DNA of 64,000 bases from Eledone cirrhosa (taxonomy: Eukaryota): positions 12,772,001-12,836,000 of the forward strand of contig OZ024745.1 of the NCBI GenBank assembly GCA_964016885.1, in the 5' to 3' direction. Below, one piece after another: positions 12,527-25,119 of the stretch. The notes beneath the pieces are model-generated. The model had not been told where the DNA came from, ran no database searches, and was given only the letters and a program-made list of their open reading frames with translations. The first letter of the stretch is position 1. Each line of letters opens with the position of its first letter. A program made the position numbers and the translations under genes.

Positions 12527-13467
12527 TGGCACCTCTACGAGTCCACAGGGAGCTACAGAGCAATAATACATGTAAGAGTTTCACGGTATCTCTGATATTC
12601 CCACGGTCAACAAAAGTTGACATTCCTGGCCTACAAAAAGCAACAAGGTTCTTGCTTACCCTGAATCTAACTCCAGTACCCGCATGTGCGAACCACGCGT
12701 TGTGGAATGGTTTCTCTAGGGTGTCTCCCTCACCATCCCCCGGTGCAATGTTTTCTCTACCCTGTCTACCAGACCACGAGGCCGACTTAAACATTATTTT
12801 ATATTATACAATCTCCCCATTGCCATAGGTGAGGTCACCCTAGCTCCATATTTTCATGCTGTGTAACTGAGGCTCCCCTGTCCCATAATGTGCCACCCTC
12901 GCTTCAAAGTACCATACCTTCTTACACTATCTCCCCATTACCATAGGGGTGTTGCCCTAGCTCCATATTTCCATTCTGTGTCACTGAGGCTCCCAACACT
13001 ATGTCACAACAGTGTGGCACCCTAGCTCCACAGTGTCATAGTGCGGCACCCTAGCTCCACAGTGCCATAGTGCGGCATCCTAGCTTCAAAGTGCCATATT
13101 TTACCACCCTATGTTCCCAGTGCCATACTGTCCCTAAACAGGTTGTTAAGGTGATGACGATGCTGTTGATGGTGATGATGATGTTGATGGTGATGATGAT
13201 GATTATGATGATGAGATTGACGAAGATGATGACAATTATTTACTCACCAGTTCATTCTCTTTTGGAGACACATACACTGACAGAGACATAGGTTTTTACA
13301 CCAGCCCCTTCCTTCTTTTTACACTCATACATTCACACATACACACACTTACATTCATACATTCGCACACACACGTGCACACACTTACACACATATTTAC
13401 ACACACACACACACATTTAGACACATTTACACACACAGACACACTTACACACACACGGACTAACCCA

Positions 13468-16400
13468 GAGACAGACACAGGGACTGACACAGGGACAGAC
13501 ACAGGGACAGACACAGGGACAGACACAGGGACAGACACAGGGACAGACACAGAGACTGACACAGGGACAGACACAGGGACAGACACAGGGACAGACACAG
13601 GGACTGACACAGGGACAGACACAGGGACTGACACAGGGACAGACACAGGGACTGACACAGGGACTGACACAGGGACAGACACAGCGACAGACACAGGGAC
13701 TGACACAGAGTCTGACACAGGGACAGACGCAGGGACAGACACAGGGTCTGACACAGGGACTGACACAGGGACAGACACAGTGACAGACACAGGGTCTGAA
13801 ACAGGGACAGACACAGGGACTGACACAGGGACAGACACAGGGACAGACACAGGGACTGACACAGGGACAGACACAAGGACAGCCACAGACACAGACACAG
13901 GGACTGACACAGGGACAGACACAGGGACAGACACAGGGACAGCCACAGGGACAGACACAGGGTCTGACACAGGGACAGACACAGGGACTGACACAGGGAC
14001 TGACACAGGGACAGACACAGCGACAGACACAGGGACTGACACAGGGACAGACACAGGGACAGACACAGGGACTGACACAGGGACAGACACAGCGACAGAC
14101 ACAGGGACTGACACAGGGTCTGACACAGGGTTAAAAACAGGTACAGACACAGGGACTGACACAGGGACAGACACAGGGACAGACACAGGGACAGACACAG
14201 GGAACAGACATAGGGACTGACACAGGGACTGACACAGGGTCTGACACAGGGACAGACACAGGGACTGACACAGGGACAGACACAGGGACTGACACAGGAA
14301 CTGACACAGGGAGAGACACAGGGACTGACACAGGGTCTGACACAGGGACAGACACAGGGAGAGACACAGGGACTGACACAGGGTCTGACACAGGGACAGA
14401 CACAGGTACAGACACAGGGACAGACACAGGGACAGACACAGGGACAGACACAGGGACTGACACAGGGACTGACACAGGGAGAGACACAGGGACTGACACA
14501 GGGTCTGACACAGGGACAGACACAGGGACAGACACAGGGACAGACACAGGGTCTGACACAGACACAGACACAGGGACTGACACAGGGTCTGACACAGGGA
14601 CAGACACAGGGAGAGACACAGGGACTGACACAGGGTCTGACACAGGGACAGCCACAGGGACAGACACAGGGACAGACACAGAGACAGACACAGGGACAGA
14701 CACAGGGACTGACACAGGGACAGACACAGGGACTGACACAGGGTCTGACACAGGGACAGACACAGGGAGAGACACAGGGACTGACACAGGGTCTGACACA
14801 GGGACAGACGCAGGGACAGACACAGGGACAGACACAGGGTCTGACACAGGGACAGACACAGGGACTGACACAGGGACAGACACAGGGACTGACACAGGGT
14901 CTGACACAGGGACAGACACAGGGAGAGACACAGGGACTGACACAGGGTCTGACACAGGGACAGCCACAGGGACAGACACAGGGACAGACACAGAGACAGA
15001 CACAGGGACAGACACAGGGACTGACACAGGGACAGACACAGCGACAGACACAGGGACTAACACAGGGACAGACACAGGGACAGACACAGGGACTGACACA
15101 GGGACTGACACAGGGACTGACACAGGGAGAGACACAGGGACTGACACAGGGACTGACACAGGGAGAGACACAGGGACTGACACAGGGACAGACACAGGGA
15201 CAGACACAGGGACAGACACAGGGTCTGACACAGGGTCTGACACAGGGACAGACACAGGGAGAGACACAGGGACTGACACAGGGACAGACACAGGGACAGA
15301 CACAGGGTTTGACACAGGGTCAGACACAGGGAGAGACACAGGGACAGACACAGGGACTGACACAGGGACTGACACAGGGAACAGACACAGGGTCTGACAC
15401 AGGGAGAGACACAGGGACAGGCACAGGGACAGACACAGGGTCTGACACAGGGACTGACACAGGGAACAGACATAGGCACTGACACAGGGACTGACACAGG
15501 GAGAGACACAGGGACTGACACAGGGACAGACACAGGGACAGACACAGGGAATGACACAGGGACAGACACAGCGACAGACACAGGGACTGACACAGGGTCT
15601 GACACAGGGTCTGACACAGGGACAGACACAGGGAGAGACACAGGGACTGACACAGGGACAGACACAGGGACAGACACAGGGTTTGACACAGGGTCAGACA
15701 CAGGGAGAGACACAGGGACAGACACAGGGACTGACACAGGGACTGACACAGGGAACAGACACAGGGTCTGACACAAGGAGAGACACAGGGACAGACACAG
15801 GGACAGACACAGGGTCTGACACAGGGACTGACACAGGGAACAGACATAGGCACTGACACAGGGACTGACACAGGGAGAGACACAGGGACTGACACAGGGA
15901 CAGACACAGGGACAGACACAGGGAATGACACAGGGACAGACACAGCGACAGACACAGGGACTGACATGGGACTGACACAGGGAGAGACACAGGGACAGAC
16001 ACAGGGACTGACACAGGGACAGACACAGGGACTGACACAGGGACTGACACAGGGAGAGACACAGGGAGAGACACAGGGACTGACACAGGGAGAGACACAG
16101 AGTCTGACACAGGGACTGACACAGGGAGAGACACAGGGACTGACACAGGGTCTGACACAGGGACAGACACAGGGACAGACACAGGGTCTGACACAGGGTC
16201 TGACACAGGAACTGACACAGGGACAGACACAGACACAGACACAGGGAGAGACACAGGGACTGACACAGGGAACAGACACAGGGACAGACACAGGTAGAGA
16301 CACAGGGACAGACATAGGGACAGACAGAGGGACAGACACAGGGTCTGACACAGGGAGAGTCACAGGGACAGACACAGGTAGAGACACAGGGACTGACAGA

Positions 16401-17089
16401 GGGACAGACACAGGGACAGACACAGGGTCTGACACAGGGAGAGTCACAGGGACAAACACAGGGACTGACACAGGGACTGACACAGGGAACAGACATAGGG
16501 ACTGACACAGGGACTGACACAGGGAGAGACACAGGGTCTGACACAGGGACTGACACAGGGACAGACACACACAGGGACAGACACAGGGTCTGACACAGGG
16601 AGAGACACAGGGACAGACACAGGTAGAGACACAGGGACAGACAGAGGGACAGACACAGGGACAGACACAGGGTCTGACACAGGGAGAGTCACAGGGACAA
16701 ACACAGGGACTGACACAGGGACTGACACAGGGACTGACACAGGGAACAGACATAGGGACTGACACAGGGACTGACACTGGGAGAGACACAGGGTCTGACA
16801 CAGGGACTGACACAGGGACAGACACAGGGTCTGACACAGGGACAGACACAGGGACAGACACAGGGACAGACACAGGGTCTGACACAGGGACTGACACAGG
16901 GACAGACACAGGGACAGACACAGGGACAGACACAGGGACTGACACAGGGACAGACACAGGGACTGACACAGGGACAGACACAGGGACTGACACAGGGACT
17001 GACACAGGGACAGACACAGGGACAGACACAGGGACAGACACAGGGACTGACACAGGGACAGACACAGGGACTGACACAGGGTCAGACAC
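13468..17089. repeat. 3.6-kb 12-bp minisatellite (GACACAGGGACA/T) with higher-order duplications
   Basis: Tandem 12-mers. It ends in ACTTTTATTTATATAGAT, resembling the 3' end of non-autonomous Helitron-like elements. Confidence 0.95.
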
Positions 17090-17179
17090 CCGGTCGATTC
17101 CACTTTTATTTATATAGATTGAAAAATAAACTTGTCCCTGACCTACTTTAATGTCCCTGACATACTTTAATAGATCTTA

Positions 17180-17780
17180 CGCAAAAAAGACTCTAAACTT
17201 ATTTGAATGTCTTTGAGAGCATTATTATGCCATTAATTTGAAGCAAAGTTTTAACATCAATTACTGCCATAGTATTTGAAGCGAGGCTACAAATGATGTC
17301 AATCGGTATAATTGGACAATTCTTTACGTCAAAAATGAAACAGTTTTCTTAGTGAAACTAAAGTTCTTGCTCGAAATATTGGAAACTCAAATGTATTTTC
17401 TAACAAGAGATAAAAGAAGATGGAACACGTGATAGAGAAGTGTATTCTACCAGCGAAGATTTAATGTACCAGTATTGGACGCCATATTGTCATTTCAAAT
17501 GTTTCAAGGTGATTCAATGCTGCAATGTTTGGAGTCATTTGGAAATATTCCGAAATAGGAATTGATCAGATTCACCTCAATGTTAATCAATTGTGTGAAA
17601 TATATAATATCGATATATCAATTGATATGAAAGATGAAATATTTTATTTTAAATCGATACACGAATCAAATATTTTACCAACCTCAATTCCACCAATTGA
17701 ATTATTAAATAAACTTACTGAGCTGTATCTTACTATTCCCAAATGTAATTCCAGCACTTGGAATATTCTTTACTGTCTAG
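17180..17780 (+). mobile_element. Degenerate hAT (ZMYM1-like) transposase C-terminal relic
   Basis: LCEIYNIDISIDMKDEIFYFKSI...PIELLNKLTELYL(F)PNV..AL.IFFT resembles the region preceding the hAT dimerisation domain; frameshifted. Confidence 0.5.
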
Positions 17781-18141
17781 AATTTACAGTTAAACAGACT
17801 GAAAGATATTGTAGTGCTTTAGCAGAATGGCCCGGCGTTGCTCGGGATTTGCTCTAGGGTTCTTATATATTTGATATATATTTATCCTTCTCGAGTCTCG
17901 TGAAGTAAATACGTTTGTTTATATTTTGTTATTGTCTATGCAAAAATATCTGTACACGAATATATAAATAACAGTACAGAGAAGTACGGAATACCTCGGC
18001 CTCGGGTTGGTGTCTACATTTTGTGCTTATAAAAAAAATTCGTCGTAGATTACCAGGGTTTTTTCCCGTTCGAAGAAAATCAATACTTTATCGCGAAATA
18101 AATACTTTTATTTATGTGTATGCAAAAATATCTGTAAACGA

Positions 18142-18233
<92 letters not shown>

Positions 18234-18254
18234 TATTTTTATAAATATATGTTA

Positions 18255-18285
<31 letters not shown>

Positions 18286-18354
18286 TATGAAGAGAGAAGA
18301 AACATTTAGATATAATTAGTAATAAAATGTATCATACCTAAACTGCTCCTAGAT

Positions 18355-18444
18355 TCCTCGACTACGTAGTTTCGTGGCATAAACAAAAACAATACATCAT
18401 AAAGATATAGAGTCCTTGCGAGGTCTGCCGACTTATCAAGAGGA
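18355..18444 (-). ncRNA. Type I hammerhead ribozyme (U3-A8 core variant), minus-strand copy
   Basis: Reverse complement of 19220-19309. Confidence 0.7.
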
Positions 18445-19219
18445 TACCTCATTTTACTAGTCTCAAGAACGCGTCTACACGACGTGAGAAAGAATCCCAA
18501 AAGGTGGAGGGGGAGATAGTCACGCGATATAACGGTCGAGAAACAGAGCTAAGCCTCTTATAACCCCGAAGAAAATACCACGGAGGCGGAGGGGGTATTT
18601 ATATCGAAGCCGTAGAAGAGGTGGTGAAGGGGGCGAGAAGTATGAGTAATGGAAGCTTTCCAGCAGTCCCCACACTTCAAAGATTGCTCGACCAGAGGGA
18701 GTTATTAACAATATATTTAGAAACACACAGATACATGCGGACACACACATATACATGAATGCATCCGCACCCAACCGTGAGTTAAGGGTGCCAACTTCAC
18801 CGATGTTGCTCAATGAATGACTGGGACAGACCAATCCGGTTGAACTAGACTGAACCAGTATCAGAGTTAAAAATACATTATGAAGAGAGAAGAAACATTT
18901 AGATATAATTAGTATGTGTGTGTCCGCATGTATCTGTGTGTTTCTAAATATATTGTTAATAACTCCCTCTGGTCGAGCAATCTTTGAAGTGTGGGGACTG
19001 CTGGAAAGCTTCCATTACTCATACTTCTCGTCTCCTTCACCACCTCTTCTACGGCTTCGATATAAATACCCCCTCCGCCTCCGTGGTATTTTCTTCGGGG
19101 TTATAAGAGGCTTAGCTCTGTTTCTCGACCGTTATATCGCGTGACTATCTCCCCCTCCGCCTTTTGGGATTCTTTCTCACGTCGTGTAGACGCGTTCTTG
19201 AGACTAGTAAAATGAGGTA

Positions 19220-19309
19220 TCCTCTTGATAAGTCGGCAGACCTCGCAAGGACTCTATATCTTTATGATGTATTGTTTTTGTTTATGCCACGAAACTACGT
19301 AGTCGAGGA
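19220..19309 (+). ncRNA. Type I hammerhead ribozyme (U3-A8 core variant)
   Basis: Stem I TCCTC/GAGGA; core TTGATAA; stem II GT(C)GGCA/TGCCAC with a long loop; GAAA; palindromic stem III CTACGTAG; GUC cleavage triplet ending at 19304. Confidence 0.75.
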
Positions 19310-19537
19310 ATCTAGGAGCAGTTTAGGTATGATACATTTTATTACTAATTATATCTAAATGTTTCTTCTCTCTTCATAATGTATTTTTAACTCTGATACT
19401 GGTTCAGTCTAGTTCAACCGGATTGGTCTGTCCCAGTCATTCATTGAGCAACATCGGTGAAATTGGCACCCTTAACTCACGGTTGGGTGCGGATGCATTC
19501 ATGTATATGTGTGTGTCCGCATGTATCTGTGTGTTTC

Positions 19538-19593
<56 letters not shown>

Positions 19594-19750
19594 TAACAGA
19601 TTAAAGTTTAAGCAAAGAATCGCTGCTTTCACCCTTAACGGGATCTTCTGAAACTAAAGTAGTAAATCTGTGAACGCAGAAGTAAATATTTCGAAAAACG
19701 TTACACACTATATATATATATACACACGCTATATATACATACAGACACAC

Positions 19751-19860
<110 letters not shown>

Positions 19861-20633
19861 TCACTCACTCACTCACTCACACACACACACAGCGTCATAA
19901 TGACGTAGTGCAGACAGCCAGTCATATAGACAACTATTATAAGGGCGCAACGTAATATCTATCTAAAAAGAGAAAGACTAAGAGAGAGAGAAAGAGATCG
20001 CTAAATCGCCTCGTGCGGTCCCTAGGGCATTGAAAATTTGAAAAAGATTTTGCTCAGAACACGCAACAGGACCATAAGTAGTACATGTGTAAAATTTGAA
20101 TACAATCGGTTGGGTGGTTCTCGAGTTTTAGGGATTGTACAGACAGACAGACAAACAGACATTCTCTGTTTTAGTAATATAGATTAAAAGATGTCATGAG
20201 AGCCACGATGTCCCAACCAATCTGGCGATCATAACGGTCGAATCATCTGTTGCAGGTCAGCTTCATTATCTCCCTGAAATGAATGTCTTTGTTAAAAAGT
20301 ATTGAGAAAATTTAACATTTGAAATGTAGTCGTCCCAATGGAAGTGACCAGAGAATAGTCAATCACTATAAATGCTATTTGATAAAACGTTTCCTAAATT
20401 AAACGTTTTGTTTATAGTTGTAGTTACAGGCTTAAAATCTTAAAACAAGACAGAATTGCTGACCAAACTGGTTCGTTGACAGTTTATAACTCAATTTTGA
20501 AAAGACATAAAACAAAGTTCAAATAGAAAATAACAAATTCCCTGAAAAAGAAACAACATATTTGCCTGAAGTGTTGACGGTCTATTACAGCAGACTATAC
20601 ATGTGGTTAAATACACGACTACCCATTTACAGC

Positions 20634-20743
<110 letters not shown>

Positions 20744-21836
20744 CGTGTATGTGTGTGTTATATACCCAATTTTCTTGAACTGTATTATAATTATTATATT
20801 TTATAATATCCAGTGCATTACTAATAAAGTACCAGTGCATTACTAATAAAGTGCATTACTAATAAAGTACCAGTAATGCACTGGGTAATTGCTGGCTTTG
20901 TGCCTAAAGTAGAAACAATTATATTTTATAATATCCTTTGCAAAAAGCACGCCCTTTATATATATATATATTTAACGAAGGGTAAAAGCGAGAAGTAGAG
21001 AAAGTAAAAGGAAGTATTTGTTAGATGAGAAAACACGGTTATTAGATGAAATAACAAGAATAATAAGAATAAATGATTTGGTTTATATATGGTTTACTTC
21101 ACGTGAATCAATTAAGAAGTACAATAAAACAGTTACCAAAAGTTGAGAAGTTTGACGTTGTCGTCGTGAGTCTGAGACCATAGTGAGTGAGAAAGAGTAA
21201 TGGTTTGTATATGGTTGTAGACCACTGTGGCTTGTAGATAGCGGAATATCTTTCACATAGCGGGTCTGTAGTAGTAGGGCTCTGATCTCTCTGTATCTCT
21301 GTAGACCACTGGGGTCTGTTGATAGTGGTGAATCTTTACATAGCTTGTTCTGTAGAGTAATAACATACGTTTAAATAGCTTGACAAATCGAACATTGTGG
21401 TAGGCGAAACTAACACAATATATACCAAAGTAACGATAGAACTAATCAGGTTGAGAAAAGTACACCTGGACAAATCAAACGAATATATATATATACCTGT
21501 ATAGTATCCGTAAAAATATTTAATTACATAATTCCTTGATTACAATATATGTGAAGACGCTTGAATCTGCACGTGTTCCTTTTTCTGTCAGTGTCACTGT
21601 CAACCTTGACTTTTATCTGTGTCCTTGTATTACTGTGTATATATCTAAAAATAGTTATTTCAAAGAATCCTTGTTCTTTAAAATCCTTTGGCCAATGACC
21701 TCCCCTCATCCCCCAAATCACCACCTTCCCCTCCCACCAGAGAACATACAACAGTTTTACAAGTAGAGTCAGCTTTACAGATGATTTCTTTTGAATGAAA
21801 CAGGTTTAATCCTGTAAAAGCCTATTAAACATTATA

Positions 21837-22995
21837 TATACAGGCTGTCCATAATTTACAATTTACAATTTTAAAAAATTATTACAAAAGCAAATGAAAA
21901 TAAAATATGTGAAAATTGTTATAAAATGAGGAGAAAGTTTTTTATAACTAATTTAATTGTTTCTACTTTTGGCACAAGGCCAGCAATTAACCCAGTGTAT
22001 TACTGGTACTTTATTTTATCGACCCCGAAAGGATGAAAGGCAAAGTTAACCTCGGCGGGATTTGAACTCAGAATGGCAAGGACCGTAACTCTATGCGTCA
22101 AAGCATGGCGTCCGACCCTCTACTGGTACTGCCAATTTTATAACTAATTTAATACACCTCTTTATGGGCAGCATTAGTTGCACGAAGCACATCAAGATGG
22201 TACTAGATTTCTTGCCATGTTTACTGTAGCATGGCCTCATCAATGGAGGCAATAGCACCAGTGATCTTTTGCTTTAGATCAGTGATGTCTCATATCTTTG
22301 ATACACGATATCTTTTACATAACTCCATAGAAAGAAGTCCAGCGGTGTGATATCTGGTGAACGAGGTGGCCAAGGAATTGGGCCATCCCTTCCAATCCAC
22401 CGGTCTGTAAATGTTTGATTTAGGAACCCACGAACGTACAGTCCCCAATGTGGTGGTGCAGCATCTTGCTGGCAAATGATGGTTGGTTGAAGGTCATCTA
22501 GTTGTGCCACATATTCAGTCAAAAGGTCAAGGTAAACATTTGCAGTAATTGATGTCTCTTGACGAAATAGGGACCAACTTTTCGATTGCACATAATCCCA
22601 GACCACACATTCACCTTTGGACTCGGTGAAGTTCCCTAGTCACGTGGAGGTGTTCTGATCCCCAGATTCTCACATTGTGTGTGTTCAGTTTTCCTGAAAC
22701 ATGAAAGCTTGCCTCATCACTAAAACATCTTCAGAAATTCGTTCCAGCCTGTCAACTGCAAACTCTTTTCGTCTTGGTTTATCATTTGGCTCGAGTGCCT
22801 GTAAGGGTTGCACTTTGTAAGTATCGCAAGGTGTAGGAGTTTTTGTATTGTTGAACGTGGCATCTGTAACTGTCTGGCAGCAGTACGGATGGATTTTGTA
22901 GGAGAACGCTGAAAGGCTTGTCTTACACGATAGATATTTTCCTCAGATGTTCTTGGTCGTCAACTCCTCTCTTTATCTGGCACTGTCCCTGTTGT
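21837..22995 (-). mobile_element. Tc1/mariner-superfamily DNA transposon, degenerate transposase
   Basis: Minus-strand motifs FSDEASFHVSGKLNTHNVRIWGSE, QQDAAPPH and WPPRSPDITPLDFFLW. TATACAGGCTGTCC TIR-like end at ~21837; a SINE is inserted at ~21955-22135. Confidence 0.85.
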
Positions 22996-23004
22996 AATCG
23001 TCAC

Positions 23005-23352
23005 ATAAATATGTATGTTTATGTATATATGGATGGTTGTATGTAGCCGTGTATATATATATATGTGTTTGTATGTAGGTATGTGTATGTATACATGTAT
23101 GTATGTATGTGTATGTATATATGTATGTGTATGTATCTATGTATGTGTTTGTATGTAGGTGTATGTATATATACGTATGTATATGTATGTATATATGTGT
23201 GTATGTATGTGTATATATGTATGCGTATGTATGTATGTGTATATATGTATGTATGTGTATATATGTATGTGTGTATGCATGTACGTGTATGTATGTATGT
23301 GTATATATGTATGTATGTATGTGTATATATATGTATGTGTGTATGTATGTAT
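23005..23352. repeat. (TATG/TG/TA) compound microsatellite
   Basis: Low-complexity run. Many similar runs occur across the window (e.g. 405-505, 9460-9585, 19740-19890, 20637-20757, 63545-63910). Confidence 0.9.
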
Positions 23353-25119
23353 TGGTATGAAGTAAGTATGGTCCCTTAATTTCTGATGGAGTCGTACGGT
23401 GAGTCTTAACACTTTAAACCTGATGGAGTCCATTTCCTCTCCAGTTCTAAACACAGTCGATTTCTGGGAAGGATAGAGAGAGTGAGAGAGATAGAGAGAG
23501 TAAGAATTGACCCCAGTACTAAACTTTTTAGTACATTTTTATCGCCCCCGAATGGATGAAAGGCAAAGTTAACCTCAGCGAGATTTGAACTCAGAGAGAA
23601 GAGAGTTGAAACAAATACGACAAGGTAGCCGACGTTCTAACAACTCCACCAATTCCCACCTTCAGATATAATAAATTGAAACAAGAAAAAATTTCAACAG
23701 CCAAAAAGTTTAAACCTCAATCTAACGAGAACATCCTTCCCTTCTCATGGTATATCTGATTATGTGATCTAAGGACTCTTCTGTGTGTTACACTGACTGG
23801 CTGGGGCCATGCTGGGGCACTGCCATTAATATGTTTATGTTAAAAGAAAAAATGTTCAAGTGTAATTTTAGTGAAGTTTGGTTGTTATTTCTAGCAGGTT
23901 GGGTCAACTCCTTCGTTGACGCCTGAAGAAAAAAAAGTAAAATGTAGATGTGGCTCAGCCCCATGTTGGTTTTTATCAAAGGTCGTCTAACAATGTCTCC
24001 GACTACAATATCCAATATGGCTGTTCTTTCTTTTTAAATAGATATTAAGTATATCAATGAAATACATAAATGATTAAATTTCTATTTAATCATTTTTTTA
24101 GCTTTATTTTTTAAGAAAGGATGTAATTTGATGTAGATTTGACTGCTATTTCTAATAGGTCGGGCTCCCTTGTGGTTTAAAACAATTAATTGTTTCTACT
24201 TTTGGCACAAGGCCAGCAATTACCTAGTACATTACTGGTACTTTATTTTATCGACCTCGTAAGGATGAAAGGCAAAAAACAATTAATGAAAGTAAAATAG
24301 CTGTGAAATGGCTGGACCAACTCGAGTGAGGAGACGACATTTGTCTGGTGCAGCTCCAGTGCGGAGACGACATTTATCTGGTGCAGCTCCAGTGAGGAGA
24401 CGACATTTGTCTGGTGCAGTTCAGGAAGTGAACGAAAATATCAACCCGAGAAAAACGTCACAGAAAAAAGCGATACTTTGTGTGGCTAGAAAACAAAATG
24501 GTTTACCCCAGTATTTAAGTTTTTCTGTAATTTTTCTATCGTATATCTGTCTGTGTGTATCAATGTTATTGTTTTAAAATATACACTGATATATATTGTG
24601 CGGGTTGCTAACATCTCGTACAGACCTCTATGCGTAGAGTAGAAGCTCATCAGACCAGTGCTTATCTTGGTTTCATTGGCGTTAGGTAACTGAGAGTTAA
24701 AGATATCCTCCTGGTCAGGACACCAATCCATCGCAGGCTTAACCTCCAAGCTACTGCTGTTACTCATTTTCAGCTGAGTGGACTGAAGCTATATGAAATG
24801 AAGTGAAAACTCCAGTGTAAATATATTTACACGAAGGTTTCAACTGAGTTGCTTCCCTTGCATAAGCTGCACAGTTTGTGGTTTTTAACGTATCTATTGA
24901 TATGTGAGACACAAGCCATTTACAATTGTTGATACTGTTACTGTTGGCAATTTATTGTGTATTGTCAACTGATTGTCATGGAATTTCTCTACATAGCAGT
25001 ATGGTGACTAATAGGAAAAGTTCAATACCTAAAATCTGAGTTGCTATGGATAAAACCAGTGGTACAGTGGCCAAGATCGGATTACTTGGTATATTTACTG
25101 GGATCAGAAGCATGATGAT

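Larger units (their letters stand above)
18284..19545. mobile_element. Retrozyme/Penelope pLTR-like 593-nt unit, two circular permutations in inverted orientation
   Basis: 18284-18913 repeats its first ~36 nt 593 bp later. 18914-19545 is the reverse complement starting at a different point and also repeats its start 593 bp later. Flanked by (TA)n. Confidence 0.75.

Noticed and set aside
13296-17103. Long VSVP/TDTG/CLSL ORFs (up to 589 aa) resembling mucins or antifreeze proteins
   Set aside because: All frames of a 12-bp repeat are open by construction, and there are frequent frame slips.
18306-19358. Mirror-image ORFs of 64-104 aa on both strands
   Set aside because: A consequence of the inverted duplication; no recognisable domain, and several use non-ATG starts.
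24308-24577. MAGPTRVRRRHLSGAAP ORF as first exon of the dehydratase gene
   Set aside because: Built on a 33-bp tandem repeat after a SINE fragment, with no convincing phase-1 donor.
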